A stretch of 40,302 bases of DNA from Candidatus Fervidifonticultor sextus (GTDB taxonomy: Bacteria; Sysuimicrobiota; Sysuimicrobiia; Sysuimicrobiales; Humicultoraceae). Below are positions 27,662 to 37,419 of the stretch, in pieces. Numbering within the stretch: the stretch's first letter is position 1; every line of letters starts with the position of its first letter. Where the stretch lies: contig JAVKHQ010000024.1 in the NCBI GenBank assembly GCA_031459875.1, forward strand, positions 1-40,302, read 5' to 3'. The notes under the pieces are model-generated. The model saw only the letters and a program-made list of their open reading frames with translations, ran no database searches and had not been told where the DNA came from. Both the position numbers and the translations under genes were made by a program.

Positions 27662-27837
27662 CACCGGCGCCGTGCCCACCGGGCACGCAACCAGGCTTCA
27701 CTCTTCCGCCCGGACAGGTTCGGGTCGTAGCCTGCCCCTCCAAACTCGGGCGTCGGTCACTTTTCAACCGACACGCACCGCTGCACCGCCTCTCGGATCA
27801 TGGCCGCGGATGGACGCCCCAAGCGCTTGGCCAGTTG
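27661..27837 (-). pseudogene. Degenerate CopG/RHH antitoxin (VapB-like)
   Basis: QLAKRLGRPSAAMIREAVQRCVSVEK*PTPEFGGAGYDPNLSGRKSEAWLRARWARRR*; internal TGA at 27757-27759; N-terminal strand missing. Confidence 0.65.
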
Positions 27838-28105
27838 TACGTCACCCGCCGAAACAGGACGGCAAGCTTCCGCCACGGCGGAGGAGCTGTTGGCACCCGG
27901 CGAGGTCGGCCAGAGAGGAGTCCGGCCGCATGCTCCACGGAGGCTTCCTGTCACGACGCCATCCCCGTCCGTACCCGCGTCCCCCTCCCCGAAAGGGAAA
28001 ACCATCCAGGCTGTAGAACGGGCAGGCATCGAGGGAGATCCAAGGAACGTCTACCAGGACCTCTACGAACGCACCCACTTCAGGAGGGACGGAGGGGAGG
28101 CCGAC

Positions 28106-29368
28106 ATGGAGCGGGGAGTCCGGCGACGTGTGAGGGTGGCTCCATTCCAGATCGTGGTCCCGTTGGTGGTGGTGGCCGCGCTCCTGGCGGGGTGGGGAGG
28201 CGGGCCGGCCTTCCAGGCCAGGGCGGCGGCCCCGAGCGCCACGCTGGCGATCCTGCACTTCAGCGTGATCAAGGGCACCACCTGGTCCGGCGCTCACGAC
28301 CGCGCCGGCAAGCGCATCGCCCAGAAGTACCCGAACGTGAAGTACGTCTTCCGCGAGGAAGTCGGCCCCGACCTCACGGTCCCCTACGCCGAAGAGCTCA
28401 TCCGACAGGGGGCCAACATCGTGGTAGGGAACGCGGAGTTCATGGGGCTGCCCTTGAAGGACATCGCGGACAAGCACCCCACCGTCTACTTCGGGTCGGT
28501 CGTCGCCAGCGATGTCACCACCAAACGGAACTTCATCCGCTTCTTCCCCAGGCAGTACCAGGCCCTCTACCTCGAGGGACTGATTGCGGCCGCCCTGACC
28601 CGCACCGGCAACATCGGGATCGTCTCCGCCTTTCCCAACGTCCAGGTGATCCGCCGTCAGGCCGGCTTCTTCCTGGGCGTGCAGGATGGGGCCAAGGCCC
28701 TCAACAAGCGCGTGACGGTCTACGTGAAGTACGTCGGCGACTGGTACAAGCCCGCGGAAGAGCGGGAGGTGGCCGCCACCCTCGTGAGCCAGCAGAAGGT
28801 GGACGTGCTCACCCAGCAGACCGACTCCGGCTCCCCGCTGGACGTGGCCGGGGAGAAGAAGATCTGGTTCGTCGGCAAGGACATGGACGTGGTCGGGTTC
28901 TACGGCTGGTCCAGCCCCGACACGGTGGCCGTCTCGTTCGACACGCGCTGGGAGGTGCTCTACGACCGCATGGTCAGGGAGTGGCTGGCCGGCAACCAGA
29001 ACCCGCGCACGTTCCTCTATCTTGGCATGAAGGACACCATGACCCTGGCGGACGGCACGGTGGTCGCCGCCGTGGACATCATGAACAACAAGAAGGTGGG
29101 CATCGACGCCATCAGCCCCAAGGCCCGGCCGCTCATCCCCGCCTCGATCCTCAGGCTGGTGGCCCAGCGCCGGGAGCAGATGATGAAGGGTCAGTGGGAT
29201 CCCTTCCAGGAACACGCCTTCGTGAGCAACGGGACCGGGCTGGCGCTCAAAGATACCCCGATTCCCGCCAAAGGGACGGTGGTGAAGAAAGCCGGAGAGA
29301 TGCCGGCGGACACGTGGCTCCTGGGGAAGTTCAACTTCGACCTCAACGGACTGACCATCCTCAAGTGA
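28106..29368 (+). CDS. BMP-family ABC transporter substrate-binding protein (nucleoside/purine class)
   Basis: TWSGAH, YLEGLIAA.LT.TGNIG.V.AFP, WYKP.EERE.A, DVLTQQTDS; GGAGG RBS. Confidence 0.9.
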   Translation: MERGVRRRVRVAPFQIVVPLVVVAALLAGWGGGPAFQARAAAPSATLAILHFSVIKGTTWSGAHDRAGKRIAQKYPNVKYVFREEVGPDLTVPYAEELIRQGANIVVGNAEFMGLPLKDIADKHPTVYFGSVVASDVTTKRNFIRFFPRQYQALYLEGLIAAALTRTGNIGIVSAFPNVQVIRRQAGFFLGVQDGAKALNKRVTVYVKYVGDWYKPAEEREVAATLVSQQKVDVLTQQTDSGSPLDVAGEKKIWFVGKDMDVVGFYGWSSPDTVAVSFDTRWEVLYDRMVREWLAGNQNPRTFLYLGMKDTMTLADGTVVAAVDIMNNKKVGIDAISPKARPLIPASILRLVAQRREQMMKGQWDPFQEHAFVSNGTGLALKDTPIPAKGTVVKKAGEMPADTWLLGKFNFDLNGLTILK

Positions 29369-29420
29369 GGCGGGTGGGGGCATCAGCCGGCGGCGGGGTC
29401 CTGCAGTGACCTGACCTTCC

Positions 29421-30944
29421 GTGGAACCCATCCTCGCGGCCCGGGGCATCACGAAGCGTTTCCCCGGGGTGGTTGCTTGCGACCACGTGGACCTGGACGT
29501 CGGGGCCGGCGAGGTCCATGCGATCCTGGGCCAGAACGGGGCCGGCAAGACCACCCTGATGAACATCCTGTTCGGCCTGGTGCAGCCCGACGAGGGCACC
29601 CTGTACCTGCGGGGGCAGCGGGTCCATTTCCGGTCTCCCCACGATGCGCTCGCACAGGGGATCGGCATGGTCCACCAGACCCGGAGACTCGTGTCGGCGC
29701 ACACGGTGCTGGAGAACATCGTGTTGGGCCACCCCCGCGTGCGCGGCTTCCTCCGCCTGGGCGGCGCGCGCGCCGAGGTGGAGGCGCTGTGCGCCCGGTA
29801 CGGCTTCACCGTGGACCTCGGCGCCAGGGTGTGGCAGTTGTCCGAAGGGGAACGGCAGTGGGTGGAGATCCTCAAAGCCCTCTACCGCGGCGCGAAGATC
29901 TTGATCCTGGACGAGCCCACCTCGGTGCTCACCCCGCCGGAGGTGAAGACCCTTCTGGCGGGCCTGCAGGCGCTGGTCCGCGACCAGGGAGTCACCGTCC
30001 TCCTCGTCACCCACAAACTGCCCATTGTGAAGGCCGCGAGCCACAGGGTGACGGTCCTCCGGTCTGGGAAGGTGGCGGCGTGCCTGCGGACTGCGGAGGC
30101 CACCGAGGAGGCCCTGGTCCAGCACATGGTCGGCCGCGACGTCGCCTTCCGCATGCCGGACCGCCCGGCGGCATCGGGCCGCCCGCTGCTCCACGTGGAG
30201 CGGCTTTCCGCCTTCAACGACAAGGGCCTGCCCGCCCTGCGCGGGGTCTCCTTCTCCCTCCGGGAGGGCGACATCCTGGGCATAGCCGGGGTCACCGGCA
30301 ACGGCCAGGAGGAACTCGCCCAGGTCCTGGCCGGCCTGCGTCCCGCGGCTTCGGGCAGGGTCCACTATGACGGCCGCGACGTAACCCGCCTCTCGCCCCT
30401 GGACCGATGGCGGCTCGGGATCGGCTACATCCCGGCCGAGCGCGCCGAGGTGGCGTCCATCGCCGCCTTCTACCTGACGGAGAACACGGCCCTCAACTAC
30501 CACTTCGACGCCGCGTTCACCCGTCGCGGCCTGCTCGACGACGCGGGTCTCCGGCGGCTCACCCGGCACATCCTGTCCACCTTCCACGTGAAGGCCCCCA
30601 ATGAGTACGCCCGGGCGCAACATCTGTCGGGAGGCAACCTGCAGCGGCTCATCCTGGGCCGGGTGCTCTCCCGCGCCCCCCGGCTCCTCATCGCGCAGCT
30701 CCCCACCCAGGGCCTGGACGTGGAAGCCACCGCATTCGTCCGCGCCAGACTCCTGGACGCCAAGGCGGAGGGGACGGCCGTCGTGCTGATCTCCGAGGAC
30801 CTGGACGAGATCCTGTCGCTCAGCGACTGGGTGGCCCCCATCTACGAAGGCCGCTTCGTGGCCGTCCTCCCGCGCGCGGACGCCGACGCGGAGCGGGTCG
30901 GTGCGATGATGGCGGGGCTGCTCGGGAACGGGGCCGTCCGGTGA
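29421..30944 (+). CDS. Tandem ABC ATPase (CUT2/nucleoside uptake)
   Basis: GQNGAGKTT, LSEGERQ, ILDEPT, LSGGNLQ, LISEDLDE. Confidence 0.95.
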   Translation: MEPILAARGITKRFPGVVACDHVDLDVGAGEVHAILGQNGAGKTTLMNILFGLVQPDEGTLYLRGQRVHFRSPHDALAQGIGMVHQTRRLVSAHTVLENIVLGHPRVRGFLRLGGARAEVEALCARYGFTVDLGARVWQLSEGERQWVEILKALYRGAKILILDEPTSVLTPPEVKTLLAGLQALVRDQGVTVLLVTHKLPIVKAASHRVTVLRSGKVAACLRTAEATEEALVQHMVGRDVAFRMPDRPAASGRPLLHVERLSAFNDKGLPALRGVSFSLREGDILGIAGVTGNGQEELAQVLAGLRPAASGRVHYDGRDVTRLSPLDRWRLGIGYIPAERAEVASIAAFYLTENTALNYHFDAAFTRRGLLDDAGLRRLTRHILSTFHVKAPNEYARAQHLSGGNLQRLILGRVLSRAPRLLIAQLPTQGLDVEATAFVRARLLDAKAEGTAVVLISEDLDEILSLSDWVAPIYEGRFVAVLPRADADAERVGAMMAGLLGNGAVR

Positions 30945-32080
30945 GGCTGGGACGCTACGAGGTCAGCCTGGAGCCACGGCCAGACCCTCCGACCATCTAC
31001 ACCGTCCTGACCGCGGTGGCGGCCATCCTGCTGGCCCTGGTCCTCTCCAGCGTGCTCTTCCTCTCGGCCGAGACCACACTGCTCGGCGCCTATCGAACGG
31101 TGTTCTCGTACGCCTTCTTCAACCCCCACGGCCTCCTGGCCACGGTCCAGCGGTCCATCTACCTGCTGTTCTGCACCTATGCCTTCCTCGTCCCCCTCCG
31201 GGCGGGCCTCTGGAACATCGGCCTGCCGGGCCAGGTGTTTGCCGGAGGCCTGGGGGCGTTTGCCGTCCCCTTCTTCCTCGGGCGCAGCCCCCAGGGCGTC
31301 CTGGCGCCGTGGATGCTCATCGGGCTCATGGTCGCCGCCGCCGCGGCCGCAGGCGCGGCGGTCGGCGGCTTCGCCGGCACGCTGCGCGCCAGGCTCCAGG
31401 TCAACGAGATCCTCGTCACGATGATGCTCAACTCGATCCTCTTCTGGCTGGTCGCCTACATGATCAAGGAGGGCGGTCCGTTCATGGGTGAGACGGCGGA
31501 GGGTGAGAGCTTCAGCCTCCCAGCCCCGTTGTACGCGCCCCTGTGGGGAGGTGTGCCCTTTACGGCCTTGCTGGCGCTGGGTGCGGCGGTCTTCCTGGAT
31601 GTCCTCTTTGCGAAGACGGCGCTGGGATATCGCATTCGGGCCCTGGGCGAGAACCCCGCCGCCGCGCGCTACGGCGGCATCAATCCCGCGGCGCTGTCCC
31701 TGCTGGTCTTCCTCCTGGGCGGCGCCTTCGCGGGGGTGGCCGGGTACCACACCTTCACGGCGATCCCCGGCATCTACAAGATTCCCGGGAACTACGGCTT
31801 CTACGGCGACCTGAGTTTCTACGGGATCATCTCGGCGCTGATCGCGCGTCGGTCCGCCCTCGGCGCCGTGCCCATCGCCGTGCTCTTCGGTGGCCTGTCG
31901 CTGGGGGCTCGATTTGCCCAGGGCGCGCTGCGACTGCCGTTCGGGGTCGACTACGCCCTGCTCGGCCTGCTCATGATGACCTTCGTCGCCTCCCACGTGC
32001 TCTACAGCTTCCGCCTGACCTGGCGGCGGATTCCCTCCGAGGCCGTGCAACCCGTCCCGACCGAGCTGCCCGAGGGATGA
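30941..32080 (+). CDS. ABC permease (nucleoside-type) 1
   Basis: RAGLWNIG..GQ, VNEILVTMMLN, GYRIRALGENPAAARYGGI. Confidence 0.93.
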   Translation: MRLGRYEVSLEPRPDPPTIYTVLTAVAAILLALVLSSVLFLSAETTLLGAYRTVFSYAFFNPHGLLATVQRSIYLLFCTYAFLVPLRAGLWNIGLPGQVFAGGLGAFAVPFFLGRSPQGVLAPWMLIGLMVAAAAAAGAAVGGFAGTLRARLQVNEILVTMMLNSILFWLVAYMIKEGGPFMGETAEGESFSLPAPLYAPLWGGVPFTALLALGAAVFLDVLFAKTALGYRIRALGENPAAARYGGINPAALSLLVFLLGGAFAGVAGYHTFTAIPGIYKIPGNYGFYGDLSFYGIISALIARRSALGAVPIAVLFGGLSLGARFAQGALRLPFGVDYALLGLLMMTFVASHVLYSFRLTWRRIPSEAVQPVPTELPEG

Positions 32081-32086
32081 GGAGCG

Positions 32087-32962
32087 ATGTGGGAGCTGCT
32101 GGCCCGAAGCCTGGACGCGTCCGCCATCTTCCTGCTGGCGGCGCTGGGGGAGCTGGTCAATCAACGCTCGGGCGTCCTCAACGTGGGGCTCGAAGGCCTG
32201 ATGCTGTTCGGTGGCACCGCGGCCTTCATCCTGACCCAGACGACGGGCAGTTTCCTGCTGGGCTTCGTCGGGGCCCTGACCATCGGAGGGCTGCTGGGAG
32301 GGGCCCACGGCTTCTTTTCCATCACGCTGCGGGGCGATCAGGTGGTGAGCGGCATGGGCCTGTGGATTCTCAGTTTCGGTCTCACCACCTTCCTCGGTAG
32401 CCCCTACACGGGCCCCCTGGGTCTGGGACGCATCCCCAGCGTCCTGGGTCTCTCGCCGTTCTTCCTGCTGGGGGTCGCGCTGGTGGCGACCACCTGGCTG
32501 GTGCTCTTCAGGACGGGCCTGGGGCTGGCGATCCGGTCCGCCGGCGAGAATCCGGCCGCCGCAGAAGCCTCAGGCATCCCCGTCGTCGCGATCCGCTACC
32601 TGTGTGTTGCGTTCGGCGGCGTGCTGGCCGGCCTCGCGGGGGCCACCTACACGCTGTCGTACAACCCCGTGTGGACCTACAACTTCCTCATGGGCTGGGG
32701 GTTCGTGAGCCTGGCCCTGGTGTTCTTCTCCATGTGGAACCCCTGGATCTTGCTGGCGGGGGCCTCGTTGTTCGGGGTGATGTGGCAGCTGTCGCTCAGC
32801 CCGGAACTCGTCCTGCCGGGGGTCCTCTCCCGGTACGTGTGGCGGGCCGTGCCCTTTGCCATCACGATCCCGATCCTGGTCATCATCTCCACGTCCTGGT
32901 TCCGGACCCGGTGGGGGCTGGCGAAACCCGAGGCGCTGGGCCGGCCCTACGCCAAGGGGTAG
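32087..32962 (+). CDS. ABC permease (nucleoside-type) 2
   Basis: LAALGE..QRSGVLNVGLEG.M, GLAIRSAGENPAAA, PEALGRPY. Confidence 0.93.
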   Translation: MWELLARSLDASAIFLLAALGELVNQRSGVLNVGLEGLMLFGGTAAFILTQTTGSFLLGFVGALTIGGLLGGAHGFFSITLRGDQVVSGMGLWILSFGLTTFLGSPYTGPLGLGRIPSVLGLSPFFLLGVALVATTWLVLFRTGLGLAIRSAGENPAAAEASGIPVVAIRYLCVAFGGVLAGLAGATYTLSYNPVWTYNFLMGWGFVSLALVFFSMWNPWILLAGASLFGVMWQLSLSPELVLPGVLSRYVWRAVPFAITIPILVIISTSWFRTRWGLAKPEALGRPYAKG

Positions 32963-33076
32963 CCCCTCCGATAGGACTTCGGCGATCAGCGGGTGCGCCT
33001 CTCGCTTCAGCGCGTCGGCAGCCGCGCGCGCCTCGAAGGCCTAGATGCGCCTCGTGGTTTCCTCTTCGACGGCCTG
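32963..33076 (-). pseudogene. Possible relic of a restriction-modification specificity (HsdS-like) C-terminal helix
   Basis: QAVEEETTRRI*AFEARAAADALKREAHPLIAEVLSEG with internal TAG at 33041-33043. Confidence 0.25.
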
Positions 33077-33112
33077 ACCTCTTCAAGTGAATCGGGTGAG
33101 AGCAGGTGGCAC

Positions 33113-33757
33113 CTACCGCAGGACCGCCAGCGCCAGCTTGATGTACTCCAGCACCACGCTCTCCGTGTCCTGCGCCCGCCGCCACCACTGACCTGGATCG
33201 AAGAGGTCCCTCTGGACCGGGTAGATCCGGACCTCCACCGATGAACCGGCGAAGGCTTTGCGGAACAGGTACCGCGTCCGGCGCGTGTGGTAGGACGACG
33301 TCACGACGATGGCCCGCCGGATTCCGAGGGCCTCGAGCATAGGACGGAGGTAGCGGGCCTGCTCTGCGGTGCTGGTCGACCGCGACTCGATGCGCAGTGC
33401 CCGGGCGGGGATCCCGTGGGCGAGCGCCTGGTGCCTGAGCAGGTCCGCGATGGGGGCACCGGCCCACTGTTCGCCTCCCGACAGCACGACCAGCGGCGCG
33501 TATCCGGCCTTGTAGAGGTCGGCGCCCTGGCGCACGCGCTCGTCGCGTCGGCCCCCGGAGAGGACGACGATGGCGTCGGCGCGTTCGAGGGGATCCTCGA
33601 CGACGAGGAACCGGCCGACGGCGGTCAGCACGGGCCGGTGCAGGCCGAGGGCCACCGCGCCGGAGAGCGCCACCGCCGCCAGCACGATCACCCCCGCAAC
33701 GGTCAGGAGGAGGCGGAAGCCGCGCCGCATGGGCGACCGGGACCGCGCCACGGTCAC
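33113..33757 (-). CDS. YdcF/DUF218 (ElyC/SanA-like) membrane-anchored protein
   Basis: ADAIVVLSGG, LSGG, E.RSTST.EQA, IVVTSSYHTRR, EYIKL. Confidence 0.92.
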   Translation of the reverse strand: MTVARSRSPMRRGFRLLLTVAGVIVLAAVALSGAVALGLHRPVLTAVGRFLVVEDPLERADAIVVLSGGRRDERVRQGADLYKAGYAPLVVLSGGEQWAGAPIADLLRHQALAHGIPARALRIESRSTSTAEQARYLRPMLEALGIRRAIVVTSSYHTRRTRYLFRKAFAGSSVEVRIYPVQRDLFDPGQWWRRAQDTESVVLEYIKLALAVLR

Positions 33758-35181
33758 TCCAGGTGGGCCGAGAGGTCCACCGGCACCTCTGAGGGGTGGA
33801 GCGCGCGGGCGATGCGCAGGTGCGGTTCCTCCTCCAGGCGCACCGTCTGCGGAGGCACGGGCCGCCCCAGGCTGTCGGTGAGGATCTTGACCACGGGACG
33901 CTCCGTGTCGCGCTCACCGGGTCGGACGACCACGCCTGCTTCGCCGCCGGCCAGCGCAACTGCCGTGCCCACGGGATAGCGGCCCATGGCGCTGACGAAC
34001 CCGCGGACCATCAGGGGATCGAAGAGCCGGCCCGCCCCGTCTTCCATGAACTGTATCGCCTCATGGGGCAGCATGGCGCCTCCGTCGGGACGCGTCGAGG
34101 ACGTCGCGGCGTCGTAGAAGTCTGCCACGGCCACCAGGCGCGTCAGGGGATGCGGGGCCTGTCGCATCACCAGCCGCGGATAGCCGGAGCGGTTGAGGTT
34201 GACGTGGTGCTCGAAGGCGACCACCATCGCCAGCCGCGACAGCCCGGGCAGGTTGCGCAACAGGTGCGCCCCGTAGAACGCGTGGCGCCTCACCTGGGCG
34301 CGCTCGTCCTGGGAGAGCGGCCCGGACTTTGTCAACACCTCCTGGGGGAGCCGGACCTTCCCGAGGTCGTGCAGCAGGGCGGCCAGGCCCAACGTCACCG
34401 TCAGGGGTCTGGGCACCTCCAGGTGCAGGCCCGTCAGCAGCGAGAGGATCGCCACGTTCACCGAATGGTGCGCCGTCTCCTGGTCGTAGTGCTTCAGCGC
34501 CGCGATCCCCAGCAGCGCCGCCCGGTTCTCGGTCATGAGGTCGATCAGCGAGGTCACGATCATGGTGGCCTTGCGCAGGTCGAGGGGCAGTTCCCGGGAA
34601 GCCTGGTAGTACAGGTCGTCCACGACCCGCAGCCCGGCGCGGTAGACGTCCCGGGCGTCCACCCGGAACTCCACCTGCTCTTCCGGCGACAGCGGCCGGG
34701 GGCCGGTCACCACGATGTGACGGACCTCCCGCTGCTCCAGGAGTTTCTGCGGGCCGCCGTGGGCCTTCAGTTCGGGCGGCCGCAGGTTGAGGATCTCGAC
34801 CAGGTGCCCGACCTCCCACGCCTCGACGCCGGCGTGGAACTCGATGGATCCGACCTCCCGCTCGGCCAGTTCGGAGAGCAGGGTCGCGAGCCGCAGGCTC
34901 TCCTCCAGCAGGATGGTCCGGCCCACGTGGAACATGTCCTCGTGGATGAGCACGCGCAACAGCGACCGTCCCGCGCTGAGCTCTGTGATCTCGCGGTGCA
35001 GCTCGGCGATGGTCCTGGCCGTGACGGGATGCTCGAATCCGTAGAGGGTGGCCGTGCGCCGGGCCCGGGCCAGGGTGTGGAGGAGCTCGCCCGGGCGTCT
35101 GCGCCGGGCACCCCCGAGGACCGCGGCGAGGGCCTCCGCGCCAGGCCCGGGCGCTGCTCCGGGGGCGGCGTGTTCGGTCAC
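33754..35181 (-). CDS. HD-GYP domain protein (putative cyclic-dinucleotide phosphodiesterase)
   Basis: HSVNVA, LLHDLGK, HAFYG, EHH..NRSGYP, VADFYDA; GTGA overlap with the HEAT gene. Confidence 0.9.
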   Translation of the reverse strand: MTEHAAPGAAPGPGAEALAAVLGGARRRRPGELLHTLARARRTATLYGFEHPVTARTIAELHREITELSAGRSLLRVLIHEDMFHVGRTILLEESLRLATLLSELAEREVGSIEFHAGVEAWEVGHLVEILNLRPPELKAHGGPQKLLEQREVRHIVVTGPRPLSPEEQVEFRVDARDVYRAGLRVVDDLYYQASRELPLDLRKATMIVTSLIDLMTENRAALLGIAALKHYDQETAHHSVNVAILSLLTGLHLEVPRPLTVTLGLAALLHDLGKVRLPQEVLTKSGPLSQDERAQVRRHAFYGAHLLRNLPGLSRLAMVVAFEHHVNLNRSGYPRLVMRQAPHPLTRLVAVADFYDAATSSTRPDGGAMLPHEAIQFMEDGAGRLFDPLMVRGFVSAMGRYPVGTAVALAGGEAGVVVRPGERDTERPVVKILTDSLGRPVPPQTVRLEEEPHLRIARALHPSEVPVDLSAHLE

Positions 35182-37268
35182 GGCCCGGGGTGGGGGCCGC
35201 CGGCGGCGTGGCGGCGTTGGGGCTGAGGCGCGCCGCCCTCGATGACGGACGCGGTCGCCGCCGCCAGACGGCGCAGTTCCCGGCCTCGCGTCCCCCACAG
35301 GAACCACGAGCGGGCGATCTTCCGGACGACCGGCAGGCTCTGCTTGGCGCCCAGGCGGGCCAGGGCCTCCAGGGCGGCACGCTTCAGCGCGAACTGTCGG
35401 TGGAAGGGATCGGGCCGCTCCAGGATCGCCAGGATCCTGGGCATGGCCTGCCACGCCTGCCAGGTATCGAGCGACTCCAGGGCCCGGAGCCGGAGACGCT
35501 CGTCGGGATCGTCGAGGAACGCACCGAGGGTGGCCTGGGCCTCCTCGGTCCCGATCGCGGCCAGTGCATCCAGGGTCTCGCGGCGCACGCGATAGTCGGG
35601 GTGATCGACCAGCCGACCCAGATAGGGCACGGCGCGCGCAGAACGGAGGCGTCCGAGGATGCTGGCGATGTTGCGGACCAGATACCAGCGCGCGTCGCCG
35701 ACGAACTGCCCCAGGTCGTCGATGCGGCCCCGGTGGAATTCCACGATCAGGTCGCACAGCATCGCGCGGGCCCCGCCCCGCGACTCGGTGCCGAGGGCCC
35801 GGACCATCGGTGCCACCAGGTGATCGGCCAGCGCCGCCAGGATGGCGCGGATCTGCCGCTCGGTAGGGGTGTCGCGGCTGGCCCACAGGGCGGCCAGCAG
35901 CTCCTCCACCAGCGGGCCGTCGGCCGTCTTCCTCAGGATGTCGGCGGCGGTCGTGCGCAGGATGCCGGTCTCCGAGGCGGCGATCTCCTTCAATCCCGCC
36001 AGCAGGCTGGCCAGCAGGGGATACTCCCGCTGGTCGGCGAGCCAGGTCAGGTGGGCCATCAGGGCGTCGGCGACGTCGGCGATTTCCTTCCGGTGCTTCT
36101 CGTCGGCGTCCCGCAAAATGTCCACCAGGGTCGTGGAGACCTCCCGCATGACCGACGGTTCATCCACGTTGGCGGCGAATCCGGGGGCCACGCCCGCCAG
36201 GTCGACGCCCGGGGCCGCGCCGTCGAACTCGAACTCCGGGGGCAACGCGGCCGCCCGGCGTGGTGGCTGGAGCTCTGGCCAGACCCTGTCGGTCAGCCAG
36301 TTCGGCCCGCGGTCGGGCGGTCGAAGCTTCGCATCCAGCATCGTCAGCACGGCCCGCGCCTTCTGGCTGTCGGCGCACAGGGCCCGCAGGAACATGGTCA
36401 CCTGCTTCTCGACGTCCTTGCCGCTGACGGACTCGTGGATCACCTGAGCGAGCTGGTCGGCCGAGAGGTGCTGGCCCAGCAGCCGCACCGCCCCGTCGCC
36501 GGCGGCGTGCCGGACCAGGGCGCGCATGAGCGCGAGCCGGACCGGCTCGCGCACCATGAGGTGGGCGCCGGCCACATGGGCGTAGAGCCGCGCCTGCTCC
36601 TCGAAGGGCTCGTCGAGCATCATGCGGTCCAGGTTGCGCAAGGCCAGGTAGAGGTGTTCGCCCTCGTCGGCGAGAGTGCTGCTGAGGTCGCCGGACATGG
36701 ACGCGATGCCTTCCAGCAGCGCCTTCGTCTGCTCGGGCCCCGCCCGCAGGATCTCGATGACCCGCTCGCGCTCCTGGGGGGCAGGGCGCCCGCGGCGCAG
36801 CATCTCGAGGATGCCGGCCAGGTCCAGGTCGAGGTCTTCCTCCTCATCCTGCGACGCCAACTCCGCAACCTGGATGTTGCCGGCGCCCGCCTGCCGCAGC
36901 AGGGTGCGGACCCCACCGGCGGTCTCCAGGCCCCCGCGGTCCATGCTCAGCGCCGAGACAAAGGTGGTCAGCGCCTGATCGCTGACGGCCGGCATGATCT
37001 TGAAGTAGGTGATCTTGCGGGTGAACAGGTAGAAGGCCAGGTTCGCCTGAGGGCCGGTCTTGAAGGGCATGCCGTCGACGATGAGGGCGTGCTTGGTGAC
37101 GCGGACCGCAAACGGTCCGTAGGCATCCCCGTAGGCGCGCAGCGCCGTGATCAGCTTCTCAATGGCCCTGGTGATGACAGGGTGCGGCGGGGGGTAGAGG
37201 GCGAACGTCTTGACCGCCACGCCCAGCCCCCGCAGGACCCGCTCGGCAGCCTGCGCCTTCGGCTCCAT
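35178..37268 (-). CDS. HEAT-repeat protein
   Basis: RWYLVRNIASILGRL, HPDYRVRRETLDALAAIG, DPDERLRLRALESL; N-terminal LYPPPHP domain. Confidence 0.88.
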   Translation of the reverse strand: MEPKAQAAERVLRGLGVAVKTFALYPPPHPVITRAIEKLITALRAYGDAYGPFAVRVTKHALIVDGMPFKTGPQANLAFYLFTRKITYFKIMPAVSDQALTTFVSALSMDRGGLETAGGVRTLLRQAGAGNIQVAELASQDEEEDLDLDLAGILEMLRRGRPAPQERERVIEILRAGPEQTKALLEGIASMSGDLSSTLADEGEHLYLALRNLDRMMLDEPFEEQARLYAHVAGAHLMVREPVRLALMRALVRHAAGDGAVRLLGQHLSADQLAQVIHESVSGKDVEKQVTMFLRALCADSQKARAVLTMLDAKLRPPDRGPNWLTDRVWPELQPPRRAAALPPEFEFDGAAPGVDLAGVAPGFAANVDEPSVMREVSTTLVDILRDADEKHRKEIADVADALMAHLTWLADQREYPLLASLLAGLKEIAASETGILRTTAADILRKTADGPLVEELLAALWASRDTPTERQIRAILAALADHLVAPMVRALGTESRGGARAMLCDLIVEFHRGRIDDLGQFVGDARWYLVRNIASILGRLRSARAVPYLGRLVDHPDYRVRRETLDALAAIGTEEAQATLGAFLDDPDERLRLRALESLDTWQAWQAMPRILAILERPDPFHRQFALKRAALEALARLGAKQSLPVVRKIARSWFLWGTRGRELRRLAAATASVIEGGAPQPQRRHAAGGPHPGP

Positions 37269-37419
37269 GGCGCGCTCCGTGGCTCGAAGATGGCCGGCGC
37301 CGGGCCCGGCATCGGGTACTCCTACTAGCCCCTATGCCCATTTCCTGCAGCGGCGGGGGAGGCGCAGGGCGCACCCGTCCGGCCCCCACGAACGGCGGCG
37401 TCGAAGCGGGTGGGCGCTC

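Noticed and set aside
27757..27759. In-frame TGA as possible selenocysteine or readthrough codon
   Set aside because: It lies in a truncated antitoxin remnant at a non-Cys position; a CGA-to-TGA nonsense change is the simpler explanation.
28040..28075. GTCTACCAGG...CTACGAA resembling a purine riboswitch ahead of a BMP transporter
   Set aside because: The spacing is too short; the P2/P3 stems and the TATAAT/ATATGG and CCGTAAA loop elements are absent.
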